A stretch of DNA of 64,000 nt, from assembly GCA_041697335.1 (NCBI GenBank), contig JBGUGD010000002.1, positions 1 to 64,000 of the forward strand, read 5' to 3'. Within the stretch, counting starts at the first letter, position 1. Each line of letters begins with the position of its first letter. Under the pieces are notes generated by a model. That model made no database searches. It was not told where the DNA came from and was given only the letters and a program-made list of their open reading frames with translations. Both the position numbers and the translations under genes were made by a program. Source of the stretch: Vampirovibrionaceae bacterium NZW_1234 (lineage in GTDB: Bacteria; Cyanobacteriota; Vampirovibrionia; Vampirovibrionales; JAGQHJ01). Shown one piece after another: positions 10,313-23,358 of this stretch.

Positions 10313-11200
10313 CTAGCCTCGAAATCCTTGCGTTCTGGCATAAGCCACTTTAAGACGATTAATGAGATGGGGATGGGTCGAGAAGATCTCTGAAAACCAA
10401 CTCCAGAAGCCGCTATCTGCTTTGGCGTTTTGGAGGAAGACTTCGATGTTAACCTGGCGGAACAAATGTTTGCCTGCGGCAAGAGCCATTAGACCGTCGA
10501 TGGCGCCGTTAGGAACGAAGGCCATAGCGTATCGATCGCAGGTGTATTCACAACCTCGGGAGTAAGCTTGTCCAAGGAAGGGGATAAAATTGGCTGGAGC
10601 CGTTAAGATCTTTTTCCAGAGGCTCGTATGTCCCCGCTTGTGGTGTGCAAATTCATGGCTAATGACAAAGGCTACAGCGTCCTCGCCTTTGGCGTAGGCC
10701 ATCTCCATAATGTCTGCATAGAGAATCATAAAGTTGCGCCCGGCGAAACGGGTTGCAAAAGCATTTAATGCCCCACCCGCTTGCATCAAGTACATGTCAG
10801 GCATTTGATCCAGTTGCATCCGGGTGGCCAATTGTTGGGCGGTTTCATACATTTCAGGAAACTGCTGGGGCGTAATTTTAACGCCGTTCCCCTTGATCAT
10901 TCCGATAAAGTAGCCATGCATGACCAGTGAAGTCAATAAAATCAAGCCAACAATGAACACAAAGACCATAAACCCAGCCAGTTGTTGGGTAACTGCCGCA
11001 GCAAAAGTGAGGTAGTACAGTACACTGATGGTGCAGGAGATCCAAAAATAAACAGTTTCTCTTGGATGAACCAGATTATCGTGTTGCTGGATACTGGGTT
11101 GAAGGCGTGGAGTGGTTGCCTGAGTGCTTTGTGGTGTTGTGCTTTGGGGCGCTCGTTCACTTTCTCGAAGCGCTCGAAGGGCTTTTAGATGATCCGTCAC
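10313..11200 (-). CDS. M48 family (HtpX/Ste24-like) zinc metalloprotease
   Basis: Two TM segments, NAFA, HEFAH, EYTCDR, STHP..RL motifs. Confidence 0.9.
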   Translation of the reverse strand: MTDHLKALRALRESERAPQSTTPQSTQATTPRLQPSIQQHDNLVHPRETVYFWISCTISVLYYLTFAAAVTQQLAGFMVFVFIVGLILLTSLVMHGYFIGMIKGNGVKITPQQFPEMYETAQQLATRMQLDQMPDMYLMQAGGALNAFATRFAGRNFMILYADIMEMAYAKGEDAVAFVISHEFAHHKRGHTSLWKKILTAPANFIPFLGQAYSRGCEYTCDRYAMAFVPNGAIDGLMALAAGKHLFRQVNIEVFLQNAKADSGFWSWFSEIFSTHPHLINRLKVAYARTQGFRG

Positions 11201-11276
11201 ATCATTCTCCTCATGCCGGATTAAACCATAGATACTTTAGCTATCGGTGGAATCTCTGAAAACTTGTCTCGATTAG

Positions 11277-13415
<2,139 letters not shown>

Positions 13416-13550
13416 CGTTCTGTAACGATCCGCTCTCGGCTCAGGCAATTTCGTCGATTGAGGACGTTCATTGGTGAGTCACACACTGTGTTTTGTGTAC
13501 ACTGTATCACGTGCTAATCGTATGGTAGATGGGATGAAGGGACCAAGCAT

Positions 13551-15176
13551 ATGTTAACTGTTTCTTCAATGCCGCGTGTTTCACCACCGGCACTTCATAG
13601 TCAGTATCACAGCCCCCAACGCCAGGCTCAAACGCCTCGCTTTGGCACAGAGAATACCCAAAATTCAAGCGGCTCCCGTTTGAGAACAGGGATTAAAGCT
13701 CTCTTGGCCTTGCTGGTTGCTGGGGGCGGTGGTTCTTATGTCTATACCACAAATCAAGCCACGCAAGACCGTTTGGATAAGCAACAAGCGGCCATTGTTA
13801 AGACGACAGATCAACTGTCACAAACAGAAGGGCGATTGGCAGAGCTAACGGATGCCCATCAGAAGAAAATGTTAGAACTAGAAGATGCCCGTACTCAGCT
13901 AACCAACCTACAGTCGGGGGCGGTTACACGTGCTCAGGAACTTGAAGCTGCTCGTCAACGACTCGCTCAGCTGACAGCGGAGGTGGCCGAGAAAGAAGCT
14001 GCGCTTAAACGTGCCCAGGCTGCTTATGCTTCCCGCACTGATGCTGCCATAAAAGATTTACAGGAAACCTCGAATATCGATAACGTCCGCCAGCGCCTGG
14101 TGCCATTGGCCAAGCAAGGGGCCCTTCACGTCGAATCCAATGGTGCACCCATCAGTAATACAGGCACAGTCACCATTCTCAAAGTGCGTGACAAATTATT
14201 TTTAGTCTCAAATCACCATGTTTCCAGTCCCCTTAGTCGGGCCGTGATGCCAGAGCCCTTCAAGATGACAGGGGCAGATGGGTTGACCTTTACAACCAAG
14301 CTGAAATACTCGGATCCTGAATTGGATCTCGCTTTTTTTGAAGTGCCTAAGGCGAAGGAAGCTGAATTGATGAAGCGGGCCCTGCCATTGGCGTCAACGG
14401 ATGGTGGTGCCAATTGGTTAGTGGATGGGTCCACTGTTTTTGCCGTGGGCAATCCGGCAGGTATGAAAAATATTCTGACCAGCGGTGTGGCTCAGCTTTA
14501 TACGCCAAAAGAGGGGGAACCTGAGCGAACCGCTTATCCTGTTATGATTCAGACCGATGCGGCCTTGAGCCCAGGAAACTCCGGTGGCCCGTTATTGAAT
14601 CTAAAAGGGCAAGTCGTGGGCATTAATCAGAGTGTTACTTCAGATGACAAAGGCAGTATTGTTCCCGGGCTAAACTTTGCTGTTCCGGCAGATGCGGTTT
14701 TAAGCTCTCTGATAGCCAATAAAGAACTGAAAGCTGAAAACCCGGCCCAGGAACGACTCGTTGTTCAGCATGCCCAGATCTACAAGCAAGCCGCTCGTCG
14801 GGCCAACCTCAATGCATTGGTCAACAAAATGATTGTCGACATGGTCCCTGCTGAGGTGATTACCGGTATCAATTCATCCAAGACTGGTGGTGGTGTGCAG
14901 GCACTTACGAAACACCTTGTCGCGGATCACTTGATGAAAGAGGGCAAGCAAATCCGGGAAAAATATGGTGTGGATGTTACTGATCTGATGGATACGCCCA
15001 TTGATAAGCATTCCAAAGCCATGCTTGACCGGGTAAGGCCTTTGATGGATGACCTACTCTCATCTCATGGTGTACCGCAGCGAAAGGCACCACCGGCTCC
15101 CCCTGCAAAGAAGGAGGAAACTCTGCCTCCACCCCGGGTGGTAGAGGAGTTGCCCCCGCCAAAGTCTGAAGAATAA
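13551..15176 (+). CDS. S1C trypsin-like serine protease with RFG leader, TM segment and coiled coil
   Basis: SNHHV, DLA, IQTDAALSPGNSGGPL triad motifs; TPRFG at aa 28-32; no PDZ domain evident. Confidence 0.9.
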   Translation: MLTVSSMPRVSPPALHSQYHSPQRQAQTPRFGTENTQNSSGSRLRTGIKALLALLVAGGGGSYVYTTNQATQDRLDKQQAAIVKTTDQLSQTEGRLAELTDAHQKKMLELEDARTQLTNLQSGAVTRAQELEAARQRLAQLTAEVAEKEAALKRAQAAYASRTDAAIKDLQETSNIDNVRQRLVPLAKQGALHVESNGAPISNTGTVTILKVRDKLFLVSNHHVSSPLSRAVMPEPFKMTGADGLTFTTKLKYSDPELDLAFFEVPKAKEAELMKRALPLASTDGGANWLVDGSTVFAVGNPAGMKNILTSGVAQLYTPKEGEPERTAYPVMIQTDAALSPGNSGGPLLNLKGQVVGINQSVTSDDKGSIVPGLNFAVPADAVLSSLIANKELKAENPAQERLVVQHAQIYKQAARRANLNALVNKMIVDMVPAEVITGINSSKTGGGVQALTKHLVADHLMKEGKQIREKYGVDVTDLMDTPIDKHSKAMLDRVRPLMDDLLSSHGVPQRKAPPAPPAKKEETLPPPRVVEELPPPKSEE

Positions 15177-15199
15177 ATTTTACTGCTAATGCTTTTAGT

Positions 15200-15235
15200 C
15201 CCTCGTCTGCTCTTGCAGCAGACGAGGGCGTTTTT
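15200..15235 (+). terminator. intrinsic terminator of the serine protease gene
   Basis: CCCTCGTCTGCT-cttgc-AGCAGACGAGGG followed by cgTTTTT. Confidence 0.8.
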
Positions 15236-15471
15236 CCGATACTTAGTATCTGATAGTGATAAGCGGTTGCTAACAGCATAGTGTAACGTTTATCGTGTGC
15301 TGAAGACGTCGTCTCGATAGGGGTACAGTGATACGATAGGAGGGTAGCTGTATGGGGGGCAGCTGACATATTTTGATACATATTCCTTCAGATTTTGTGC
15401 ATGTGAACCGATACGCATGAGGTCCTTCTCAAAGAAGGGATTTCATTGTCTGGGAATGACAGGAGACGGCC

Positions 15472-15681
15472 ATGGGCGAATATGAGTTGACGCCGGTCAA
15501 ACTAGCATTGTCTTTACCGCTCACTTCGGGTGTGAATGAGGCCTTAAGTGAGACGATGAATGTAGAGCAGGTAACCTCAACCCTTGAGGTACTGGCCGAT
15601 CATTTGGCTGCTTTGGGGTACAACCCAACCAGTGCCAGCATAAAACCTCGTATGAGTGTTCAGGCTTACGTTCAGTCCTAA
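15472..15681 (+). CDS. small hypothetical protein
   Basis: AGGAG RBS, ATG, protein-like composition. Confidence 0.65.
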   Translation: MGEYELTPVKLALSLPLTSGVNEALSETMNVEQVTSTLEVLADHLAALGYNPTSASIKPRMSVQAYVQS

Positions 15682-15710
15682 TTATTTTTGCTGAATTGAT
15701 GCTGCACAAG

Positions 15711-15911
15711 TTAGCAGTTTGGTACACATTCACCAGGTTTGGGGGCAGGTGCTCTTTTCGGAGCGGGCTCCGTTGGGGCCGTGACAGGTAATCTGTTGGG
15801 TTTGCTGGGAGCCGGGGCGGGCTGTGTTGCTGGTTTATCTTCTTTGGGTTTTGTGGGTGTCTTTGTTGGTGCGGTTGTCGTGCCGAAACGAAACGGAGAT
15901 ATGAACATCAT
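15711..15911 (-). CDS. small Pro/Thr/Lys-rich protein with FRFG leader
   Basis: AAAGGAG RBS; MMFISPFRFGTTTAPTKTP...ECVPNC; starts 14 bp after the stop of the upstream gene. Confidence 0.7.
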   Translation of the reverse strand: MMFISPFRFGTTTAPTKTPTKPKEDKPATQPAPAPSKPNRLPVTAPTEPAPKRAPAPKPGECVPNC

Positions 15912-15925
15912 TGACCTTGTCTCCT

Positions 15926-18220
15926 TTATTCACTGATTTTGTCTTTGTTCTCAGGTTCTCGAGGAGGCTCGAGAAAAACGAGTTCTGCCCGACGGTTAAT
16001 GCCGGTTTGTATAAATTTGACCCAGGCACTCTCAGCCGTGAGTGGCTCAGCAGCATCATCACCTTGCAAGGTACCTTCCAAATGGTTGGCAATCTGTCGG
16101 CAGTGAGGCTCGGTTAATTCCAGTGTGGTAAAAGGCTTGTGTGGCGGATAGTCGGGGTGGACAAATGCCAGTAAAGGCGGTGGGCTCGGCTCCCAGTTCT
16201 CCCGATGAAGAAAGGCCCACTCACGCAGTTTCTGCATGCTCGGGGTAAATCCCTGGCTTTGATCTCCGATGAAGACGTTTCGTTTATTAAAGGCCTCGGT
16301 GTCGAACTTCCAGCGACGGTAGTTGTCTTTGACTTGCATTAGTTGGTTTTTTAAAGCTGTCATGGCTCTCACCGGTCCTGATGTTTTGTATAGCTCTGGG
16401 GTAAGGACATGCTGAAAACCCATTGCCTCTATCTCCTGGGGGGCAAACGTCTTGAGCGCAGAGGCGGTCAATGGTTCCTTTTGCCAATAAGCCGGATGGG
16501 CCATGGTGTCTCTGCCAAATTGGGGAGATGAGTTCCGAATGATGAGGGTCCCGTAATCTGGATGACTGGCGAGTAAATAACCTTGGCGAAATTCGATGAC
16601 TGTGTCCATGTCTACACCTGCATCTTTCTTACGAGATTTGCTCAGTAAGAAGCCTTTCCCAAAGCGTCGATGCTCCGGTGAGTCCAAGCGCTCGATGGGA
16701 TCAAATCCGTAGCATTTAAAGATGCTCTCGGAACCGCCCTTGGCGTCATAGCGCCAACTTCGGAAATTATGGGTGAGCAGGCCGATGTCCGACCAGAGTT
16801 GAATCATTGGTGGGGTACTTTCACGGACATCGTGGGCAATAAAGCGTGTAATGCTGGTGAGGCTCGCAATTGTTTGATGCAATAGTTTGCGTCTTAGTTC
16901 AGGAGCTTCTTCTGAGCCAGGATGACGTAATAAAAGCATCAGCTCAGCCTCATTAGGGTGGTGGCCTTTCAATGAATTGGTGATGAAGCGGGTTTCGTTC
17001 TCGGCCTCTACGGCATCCAAGTATTGTAGTATGGGGTTGATGTCGTCAGAGGCCAGCCAATGAGGGATTAGTTTGATTAGGGCCGACTCATCCTGATTGA
17101 AGAGGTTAACAAAGGCGTTGTCCTCGTCGCTTGATGACGCTGACGTCAGGCGTTTTTCGATTTCGGCATAGCGGGCATAGTGACCTTGTGACAAATATTC
17201 AGCCAGCCCTTCGACCCGCTCTTCTGTAGGCGGAGTGGGATGGTTCTTGAGCCAGCCTAATGCTAAGGAGGCTAATCCTTTGAATAGGGATTCTTGTGTA
17301 GAGACAGGTTTTGTAAGTACAGTCTTTATGTCTCTCTCCCATTGATCATCTGGCATCGGCTGTATGGTCAGATGGCGCAAAAGGGCCAACATGGGCATGA
17401 TTTGGAAGGATTTCTCAAGATGCATCATCTCGGGTTCTGTTTTGGCCCGGGCGAGTATTCGACTTACGGTCTTCCAACGCCTGTCTGAAATGGACTCGGC
17501 CAGAGTCGGGTCAAAAAACCATCGATTCAAGAGGCCCAGAAATGATCTGGCGTGTGGGTCTTTGAAGAGCTGGGTGACAGCATCCAATGCTTCACCATAA
17601 TGCGGTTTTGTTTGAAGGGTTTTCACAATAAGTTGTGATGCTTCTACAGGTGTCGGGGGTGCTCCTGGATGGTTGATACCCTCGCTATACCAGTATCCGG
17701 TCTTGTTAACAAGTTGTTGTAACGTCTTTAAGGTGATTTCAAGCTGACGTAGTGAGGAAATCGACTTTATAAGTTTGGGGATTTCTTCTTCGAACAGACT
17801 CTGGCGCATGTGCCAGCCATCTGTGCCTTCTGGTAAAGCCCCGGCCAACTTTGAAAGCTGACTGAAGACGGGTAAGAAGGCCTTGCGGCTTAAAGCTGGT
17901 TGATGGATACAAGCCTCCACCAGAGGATGATCATGGTTTAGCGGCGGATAGTTGCTGAGATGTTTTTTGAGGCTGGATTGGTTCAGCGCGCTTAAAATGG
18001 AACGGGATTTCCACCAGCGTTGCATATGTTGCCATAGGTTACTTGATGGCTTTGTTGTACTTCTGGAAAGACTGTCGCCAAAGCGCGTACCGGAAAACGA
18101 ATCTGATAATGTTTTTGAGACACAAGATAATGGCCCTGGCCATGAGGCGTAAGGTCTTTCTATTATTACTCCCATGGTAGGATTTTTGGGTAAAACCTGC
18201 ACTACAGGCCCCCTTCCCAA
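15926..18220 (-). CDS. large hypothetical protein with TRFG leader (start may be 18175)
   Basis: 764-aa ORF, helical-looking, no recognisable catalytic motif. Confidence 0.8.
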   Translation of the reverse strand: MGRGPVVQVLPKNPTMGVIIERPYASWPGPLSCVSKTLSDSFSGTRFGDSLSRSTTKPSSNLWQHMQRWWKSRSILSALNQSSLKKHLSNYPPLNHDHPLVEACIHQPALSRKAFLPVFSQLSKLAGALPEGTDGWHMRQSLFEEEIPKLIKSISSLRQLEITLKTLQQLVNKTGYWYSEGINHPGAPPTPVEASQLIVKTLQTKPHYGEALDAVTQLFKDPHARSFLGLLNRWFFDPTLAESISDRRWKTVSRILARAKTEPEMMHLEKSFQIMPMLALLRHLTIQPMPDDQWERDIKTVLTKPVSTQESLFKGLASLALGWLKNHPTPPTEERVEGLAEYLSQGHYARYAEIEKRLTSASSSDEDNAFVNLFNQDESALIKLIPHWLASDDINPILQYLDAVEAENETRFITNSLKGHHPNEAELMLLLRHPGSEEAPELRRKLLHQTIASLTSITRFIAHDVRESTPPMIQLWSDIGLLTHNFRSWRYDAKGGSESIFKCYGFDPIERLDSPEHRRFGKGFLLSKSRKKDAGVDMDTVIEFRQGYLLASHPDYGTLIIRNSSPQFGRDTMAHPAYWQKEPLTASALKTFAPQEIEAMGFQHVLTPELYKTSGPVRAMTALKNQLMQVKDNYRRWKFDTEAFNKRNVFIGDQSQGFTPSMQKLREWAFLHRENWEPSPPPLLAFVHPDYPPHKPFTTLELTEPHCRQIANHLEGTLQGDDAAEPLTAESAWVKFIQTGINRRAELVFLEPPREPENKDKISE

Positions 18221-18455
18221 CCGTCATTATCTTCCTTTTGTATGTTTATAAAAATAACACAAAAGCAAGTCTGGCTCATAAAGTGTTTCGAGACGTAAAG
18301 TCCGATTCAGAATGGATATGCTCAGAAGGAATCGAGGATGGGTTTGGCCAGCTGGGGGTTAACAGCCAAAGCCCCACTCAGTTTTTTGGCATCAGGGATG
18401 CAAGCAAAATGTTGAGCGGGACTCTCAGCTAGAGAAATGGGGAAAATTGATCTGA

Positions 18456-18938
18456 TTAGGATAAGGAGGAGCTTAGCGATAGGTTAATTTGATCCAGGTG
18501 GCTAATTTCCAGGGACGGCGCTTCGCTGTTGTTGTAGACCAAGACCGGCTGTTTTGCATATTTGAAGACATCATGGCTTACACTTCCAAAGAGCATGTTG
18601 GCTAAGCCAGTGCGACCATGGGAGCCAAGAATGATCTGGTCAATGTTCTGCTCGTTGGCATACTTGCATATTTCTTCTGCGGCCCCACCTACACGGTAGT
18701 CTGTCTTAACGGTATTGAATCCTGCTTGGAATAACTGGGTCTGGGCCTTTTTAAGAACCTCTTGCGTGGCTTCAATTTCGTATTCATACCCTATGTAAGC
18801 CACTTCCGGTGTTGTCGGAATATAGTGGGCAACGCACAACAGGTAAATTTCCGCTTGGACTTTGTCTAAAAATCCGGCCGCCCACGTTAGCGTTTGGGTT
18901 GCACATGGGGAACCATCAATGGGCAGTAAGATTTTCAT
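18456..18938 (-). CDS. universal stress protein (UspA family)
   Basis: MKILLPIDGS...IILGSHGRTGL...GSVS; AGGAG RBS before ATG 18938. Confidence 0.93.
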   Translation of the reverse strand: MKILLPIDGSPCATQTLTWAAGFLDKVQAEIYLLCVAHYIPTTPEVAYIGYEYEIEATQEVLKKAQTQLFQAGFNTVKTDYRVGGAAEEICKYANEQNIDQIILGSHGRTGLANMLFGSVSHDVFKYAKQPVLVYNNSEAPSLEISHLDQINLSLSSSLS

Positions 18939-19186
18939 TGGTTTTGCTCCTGTAGCTAAGCCTTTTTTGACCCTGATTGTTAACAATACTTATACCTTCG
19001 CATGGTAAGAGCCCTTACTGAATTCGACATGGGCTTATTAGACAAATGGATAATGCCCTGGCTATGCCATTGGTGAATCTAGCAGACTTGGGAAACAGAT
19101 AGGCTGATACTATGCCCTAAAACGCAAGGACCTGAAAAATCCAGGAATTTTCGGAAAGCTGGAACGGTCCGTGAGGAAATCCACTC

Positions 19187-19489
19187 ATGATAAACGACAT
19201 CCGGTTCTACCCCACACGATCTTACTCGCAATTTGCGATTCGCCCTGTTGAACCCGTGGCTCGGCGCCAGCCCCATGCGGGAGACAATCGGTGTCTGGAT
19301 TTACGAAAGCCGTGTCCGAAAGAATCGGAGCATCCGCCAGAAACCCATCATCATTTTCGGGATTGTATGGCGATGTTTTTGAGGCAAGCCAATTCCACAA
19401 CCTTTGACGCCGATTTGATTGGCCTGGATCGCTGGGAACCTAATCGGCAGATGACACAATCGGATCAAATGTACTGGAGGAGCAGATAA
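19187..19489 (+). CDS. small hypothetical protein, first gene of putative operon
   Basis: GAGGA RBS; stop directly abuts ATG of the next gene. Confidence 0.55.
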   Translation: MINDIRFYPTRSYSQFAIRPVEPVARRQPHAGDNRCLDLRKPCPKESEHPPETHHHFRDCMAMFLRQANSTTFDADLIGLDRWEPNRQMTQSDQMYWRSR

Positions 19490-19975
19490 ATGACATCACT
19501 GATTGATCAAGGTCCATCGCCTGATGATGTAACAACGTTGTGTACTGCGCAATTGCCGACGCTGAAGTTCCATGAGTGGGCGCCTATTTCGGATCAAATT
19601 GCACAGTATTTTAAAGATCTGCTCCATAACCAAGTATCGCCGCAGCCTCGCTCTTGGGTTCATTTGCCCTCGATTATTGAGCTAGCCAATTTCTTCAATT
19701 GTTGTGAAATGGATGTGTTTGATGCGTTGTATGCGCTTAAGCAGGAGCAATACGCTTACGAAATGTTTGGGATTGATGGTCCGATTCACCTGTGTGACCC
19801 ACTACGACGTGTAAAAGCCCATGTGAAGCCCTTACCACGGTTTCGAAAAGACTGGCTAAAGTCTCTGCACGATGCTCGCAAAAAGCATTCGGTGGAGCAG
19901 CGTTTTTCACAGTGGGACCCAACAAAGTTTGCGATGGCCTTGCTGGCCTTGGTGATAAACCTGTTTCCTCAGTAA
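19490..19975 (+). CDS. GntR-like winged-helix domain protein
   Basis: QIAQYF...LPSIIELANFF...DVFDALYALKQEQY; GGAGGAG RBS. Confidence 0.7.
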   Translation: MTSLIDQGPSPDDVTTLCTAQLPTLKFHEWAPISDQIAQYFKDLLHNQVSPQPRSWVHLPSIIELANFFNCCEMDVFDALYALKQEQYAYEMFGIDGPIHLCDPLRRVKAHVKPLPRFRKDWLKSLHDARKKHSVEQRFSQWDPTKFAMALLALVINLFPQ

Positions 19976-19997
19976 TGAATGAAAAGGATCTTTGGCC

Positions 19998-20357
19998 ATG
20001 CCTGATGAGCAAATTCACGTAAGTCTTGATGCCTGTATCCCTCTTCCAAAGGATATGGGCAACGTGACTTGGACAAGCTACTCCATTGCAAGTCAGTTGG
20101 AGTCCGCTTTAGACAAGCATGGCATTCATCAAGGCAAGCTTATTCGCTTGCCGTCTATTATGGCATTGGCGAAGGGTTTTCGCTCTAATCATCTGGACAT
20201 TCACGATGCGTTCCAATTGTTGCGCTCCAGTGGTTACGATTACCGCCTTGGGCGTATGGATGATCCTATTGTCTTTTGGGACCCGGCAGCATTGCCGGCC
20301 ATGATGCCTATTCAGCTGCCTCAACAGCATGCAAAATATCAGCCCGAAGAGACATAG
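19998..20357 (+). CDS. GntR-like winged-helix domain protein
   Basis: SIASQL...LPSIMALAKGF...DIHDAFQLLRSSGYDY; AAAGGA RBS. Confidence 0.7.
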   Translation: MPDEQIHVSLDACIPLPKDMGNVTWTSYSIASQLESALDKHGIHQGKLIRLPSIMALAKGFRSNHLDIHDAFQLLRSSGYDYRLGRMDDPIVFWDPAALPAMMPIQLPQQHAKYQPEET

Positions 20358-20423
20358 ATATATCCATTCTTCCTCTCCGGAGTCAATTTTGTTTTGATGT
20401 CAACATAAGGAGGACCCTCTGTT

Positions 20424-20969
20424 ATGAAGCTTTATGCACAGCATATTATGACGACTGACCTGATTGTGGCTCGCCCGGAAATGCAATGCGATGAGGTAGC
20501 CAGTCTCTTGATCGAGAATCGGATCAGTGGCGCACCTGTCGTCGATAGCCGCGGTGCGTTGTTGGGTGTGGTTTCCATGACCGATATTCTGAAGTCTGGC
20601 ATTAGCTACTATGGCTCCAGTGCCTATTTTGAGGAGCAACAAATCGATCGCCTGTTGGCGCAAGAGGGATTGCATCTGGAACCCTTAACGGCCGGCTTTG
20701 TTTCTGACTTCATGAGTCGGGATGTGTGTACCGTTCATCCCAATACCCCTGTCGAGGCCGTTGCCAAACTGATGTCGGAAAATCGAGTTCACCGTGTCAT
20801 TGTTGTCAATGAGTCCACCAACGAGCCGATTGGGCTTATTTCCACCTTCGATTTGCTGAAACTGATTGCCACGTGTGATACCCTTGAGTCAGAATTGGAT
20901 GCCTGTGGCAGCTGGTATTCCCGTAAGTTCAGCCAAATGAAATACGAGACCATTCCTACGTTAAAATAG
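20424..20969 (+). CDS. CBS-pair domain protein
   Basis: ISGAPVVD...GVVSMTD and VHRVIVV...GLISTFDLL. Confidence 0.92.
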   Translation: MKLYAQHIMTTDLIVARPEMQCDEVASLLIENRISGAPVVDSRGALLGVVSMTDILKSGISYYGSSAYFEEQQIDRLLAQEGLHLEPLTAGFVSDFMSRDVCTVHPNTPVEAVAKLMSENRVHRVIVVNESTNEPIGLISTFDLLKLIATCDTLESELDACGSWYSRKFSQMKYETIPTLK

Positions 20970-20972
20970 GAC

Positions 20973-22604
20973 ATGCCACCCCAAAGGCCCTGTCTGCTTT
21001 TTCCTTCCGAAGAGGTTCTTGTGACGCTCAATCCAACTCAGTCTGAAACGTTATACCAAAGCCTTGTTCAGAGCATCCAGGATGTCGCCTTAATTGTTTT
21101 GGATAAGTCTGGGCGGATCTTGTTCTGGAATCCTGGAGCGGTCTCGTTGACAGGCTATTCGGCCGAACAGATGCTTGGACAGCCGTTCTCTACACTTTGT
21201 GTGGATGATAGCTTTGAAGACAGCATGTTTTCCATGATATTGCGTCAGTCAGAGCTGGCAGGGCGTTTCGAGACCGAATGTGAGCATCGGCGAGCCGATG
21301 GTTCTTGCTTTTGGGCCGTTGTGTCCATTGTTCCATTAACCCCATCAGCTGAGCATGACGATGGGTTTGTGGTGACGATGCGCAACATCACCAAGCGTCG
21401 TTCAGCCGAGGATGAGCTGCATCGGACCCTAAAAGAGCTGTCGGATATTAAGCATGCGATAGATGAGTCAGCGATTGTGGCTATTACCGATAAGCATGGC
21501 ATTATTACTTATGTCAATGATACCTTCTGTCGGATTTCCAAATATTCGCGGGAAGAGCTGATCGGGAAAACCCATCGTCTGATTAACTCCAATTACCATC
21601 CCTCTGGTTTCTTCGAAAAAATGTGGCGCGACATCAACCAGGGGAAAATTTGGCGCGGCGAAGTCCGCAACCAGGCCAAAGACGGTACTATTTACTGGGT
21701 GGATACTACCATTGTTCCCTTTTTGGATGACCAGGGGCAACCGTATCAATATATTGCCATCCGCAGTGAAATTACGAACCGCAAGCGTGTGGAGGCTGAA
21801 ATTCGGCAACTTAATGAGGAAATGGAACAACGGATTTACCTCAGAACAGCTGAGCTAGAACAGGCGAATCTCAAACTATCGGAAACGCTTGCACAATTGC
21901 AGGAAAGCGAGAAGCTCAGAACTGCTTTTGTCTCCGCGTTGACTCATGACTTGCGGACCCCGCTTGTGGCGCAGCAGAGGGCGCTGGAAATACTCCAGAG
22001 TAATCACGATAAGCTTCCTGAAAAGTTGGCTGTTCTGGTCCAACGCCTGGAAGGCAGTAATACGGGTCTTCTGGAAATGGTGAACCTGCTCCTTGAGACG
22101 TATCAGTATGAGGCGGGGCAAATTAATCTGTTATGGTCAGAGGTTGATTTGGTCAATCTTGTGCAAGACTGCTTTGAATCTGTGTCGACGCTGGCTGAGG
22201 TCAAACAGATTAAACTGATAAACGATCTGCCTCAGACTTTGCCAACAGTGGCCGGGGATGCATATCACCTCAAGCGCGTGGTCATGAATCTGCTTGGAAA
22301 TGCCTTGGAAAACATTGGGCCGGGAAGTTCGATTATGATTAAGGCTCAGGAAGCCCAGGATGAAGTTCAATTGTTAGTCCAGGACAACGGCCCCGGCATT
22401 GACCCGGAGATGTTACCTCATCTGTTTAAGCGCTATTACATTGGTGATCAGACCCGCAAGAAAATTGGCACGGGGTTAGGTCTTTATATTTGCAAGATGA
22501 TTATGACCCAGCACGAGGGGACCATTGAGGCTGACAGTGTTCTGGGGCAAGGTACTTGTTTTAAGCTCACATTATCCAAACATCGAAAGGAACCTGCTCA
22601 ATGA
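20973..22604 (+). CDS. soluble PAS-PAS sensor histidine kinase (start may be GTG 21021)
   Basis: Two PAS/PAC domains, THDLRTPL H-box, NLLGNA, DNGPGI, GTGLGL. Confidence 0.95.
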   Translation: MPPQRPCLLFPSEEVLVTLNPTQSETLYQSLVQSIQDVALIVLDKSGRILFWNPGAVSLTGYSAEQMLGQPFSTLCVDDSFEDSMFSMILRQSELAGRFETECEHRRADGSCFWAVVSIVPLTPSAEHDDGFVVTMRNITKRRSAEDELHRTLKELSDIKHAIDESAIVAITDKHGIITYVNDTFCRISKYSREELIGKTHRLINSNYHPSGFFEKMWRDINQGKIWRGEVRNQAKDGTIYWVDTTIVPFLDDQGQPYQYIAIRSEITNRKRVEAEIRQLNEEMEQRIYLRTAELEQANLKLSETLAQLQESEKLRTAFVSALTHDLRTPLVAQQRALEILQSNHDKLPEKLAVLVQRLEGSNTGLLEMVNLLLETYQYEAGQINLLWSEVDLVNLVQDCFESVSTLAEVKQIKLINDLPQTLPTVAGDAYHLKRVVMNLLGNALENIGPGSSIMIKAQEAQDEVQLLVQDNGPGIDPEMLPHLFKRYYIGDQTRKKIGTGLGLYICKMIMTQHEGTIEADSVLGQGTCFKLTLSKHRKEPAQ

Positions 22605-23320
22605 TGACCTCTGATCCTGTGACTGCTGCGATTCCTATTATAATTGCCGAAGACCACGAGTTGGCTCGTTATGGCCTGGTTTTAGCCTTGGAAGACAAAG
22701 GACGTTTTAAAGTTGTTGCGGAAGCCGAGAACGGTGCACAAGCTGTGGAGCTGGCTCAGCAGCATCAACCCCAAATTATTCTGATGGACATTGGGATGCC
22801 TGTGAAGGATGGGATTTCGGCTACTAGAGAAATTAAAACCGCTTTGCCGGATATCAAGGTTATCATGCTAACCTCCCGAAAAGAGAATGAAGAAATATAC
22901 GCTAGCCTTGCTGCAGGGGCAGACGCCTACTGTATGAAAGACATTAAAATCGAGCGACTGTCCCAGGTTCTGGAAATGGTCTTAGAAGGGGCCATGTGGA
23001 TTGATCCTGCCATTGCACGTGTGATTATGGAAGCAATGCCTGGTACTGAGGCTCAAGCCCAAGCGCAACAAGAACCCTCAAAGCCGACACAGACGAGAAA
23101 ACAATATAATGCGGATCTGACGGATCGGGAAAAGCAGGTGCTTCAGTTGATTGTCGATGGCAAGAGCAACAAAGAAATTGCACAGATCCTGGAAGTGACG
23201 ACCCATACGGCAAAGGCACATGTGTGTAACATTATTCAAAAACTTGCTGTTGATGATCGGACTCAAGTGGCTGTGAAAGCCCTTCGGGACGGGCTTGTTG
23301 AACCCTCAAAATCTTCTTAA
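22601..23320 (+). CDS. NarL/FixJ family response regulator
   Basis: REC domain (EDH, MDIGMP) plus LuxR HTH LTDRE...GKSNKEIA. Confidence 0.96.
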   Translation: MMTSDPVTAAIPIIIAEDHELARYGLVLALEDKGRFKVVAEAENGAQAVELAQQHQPQIILMDIGMPVKDGISATREIKTALPDIKVIMLTSRKENEEIYASLAAGADAYCMKDIKIERLSQVLEMVLEGAMWIDPAIARVIMEAMPGTEAQAQAQQEPSKPTQTRKQYNADLTDREKQVLQLIVDGKSNKEIAQILEVTTHTAKAHVCNIIQKLAVDDRTQVAVKALRDGLVEPSKSS

Positions 23321-23358
23321 TCTTATCTGGATCTGGCATATTTTGGAGTATTGATACA

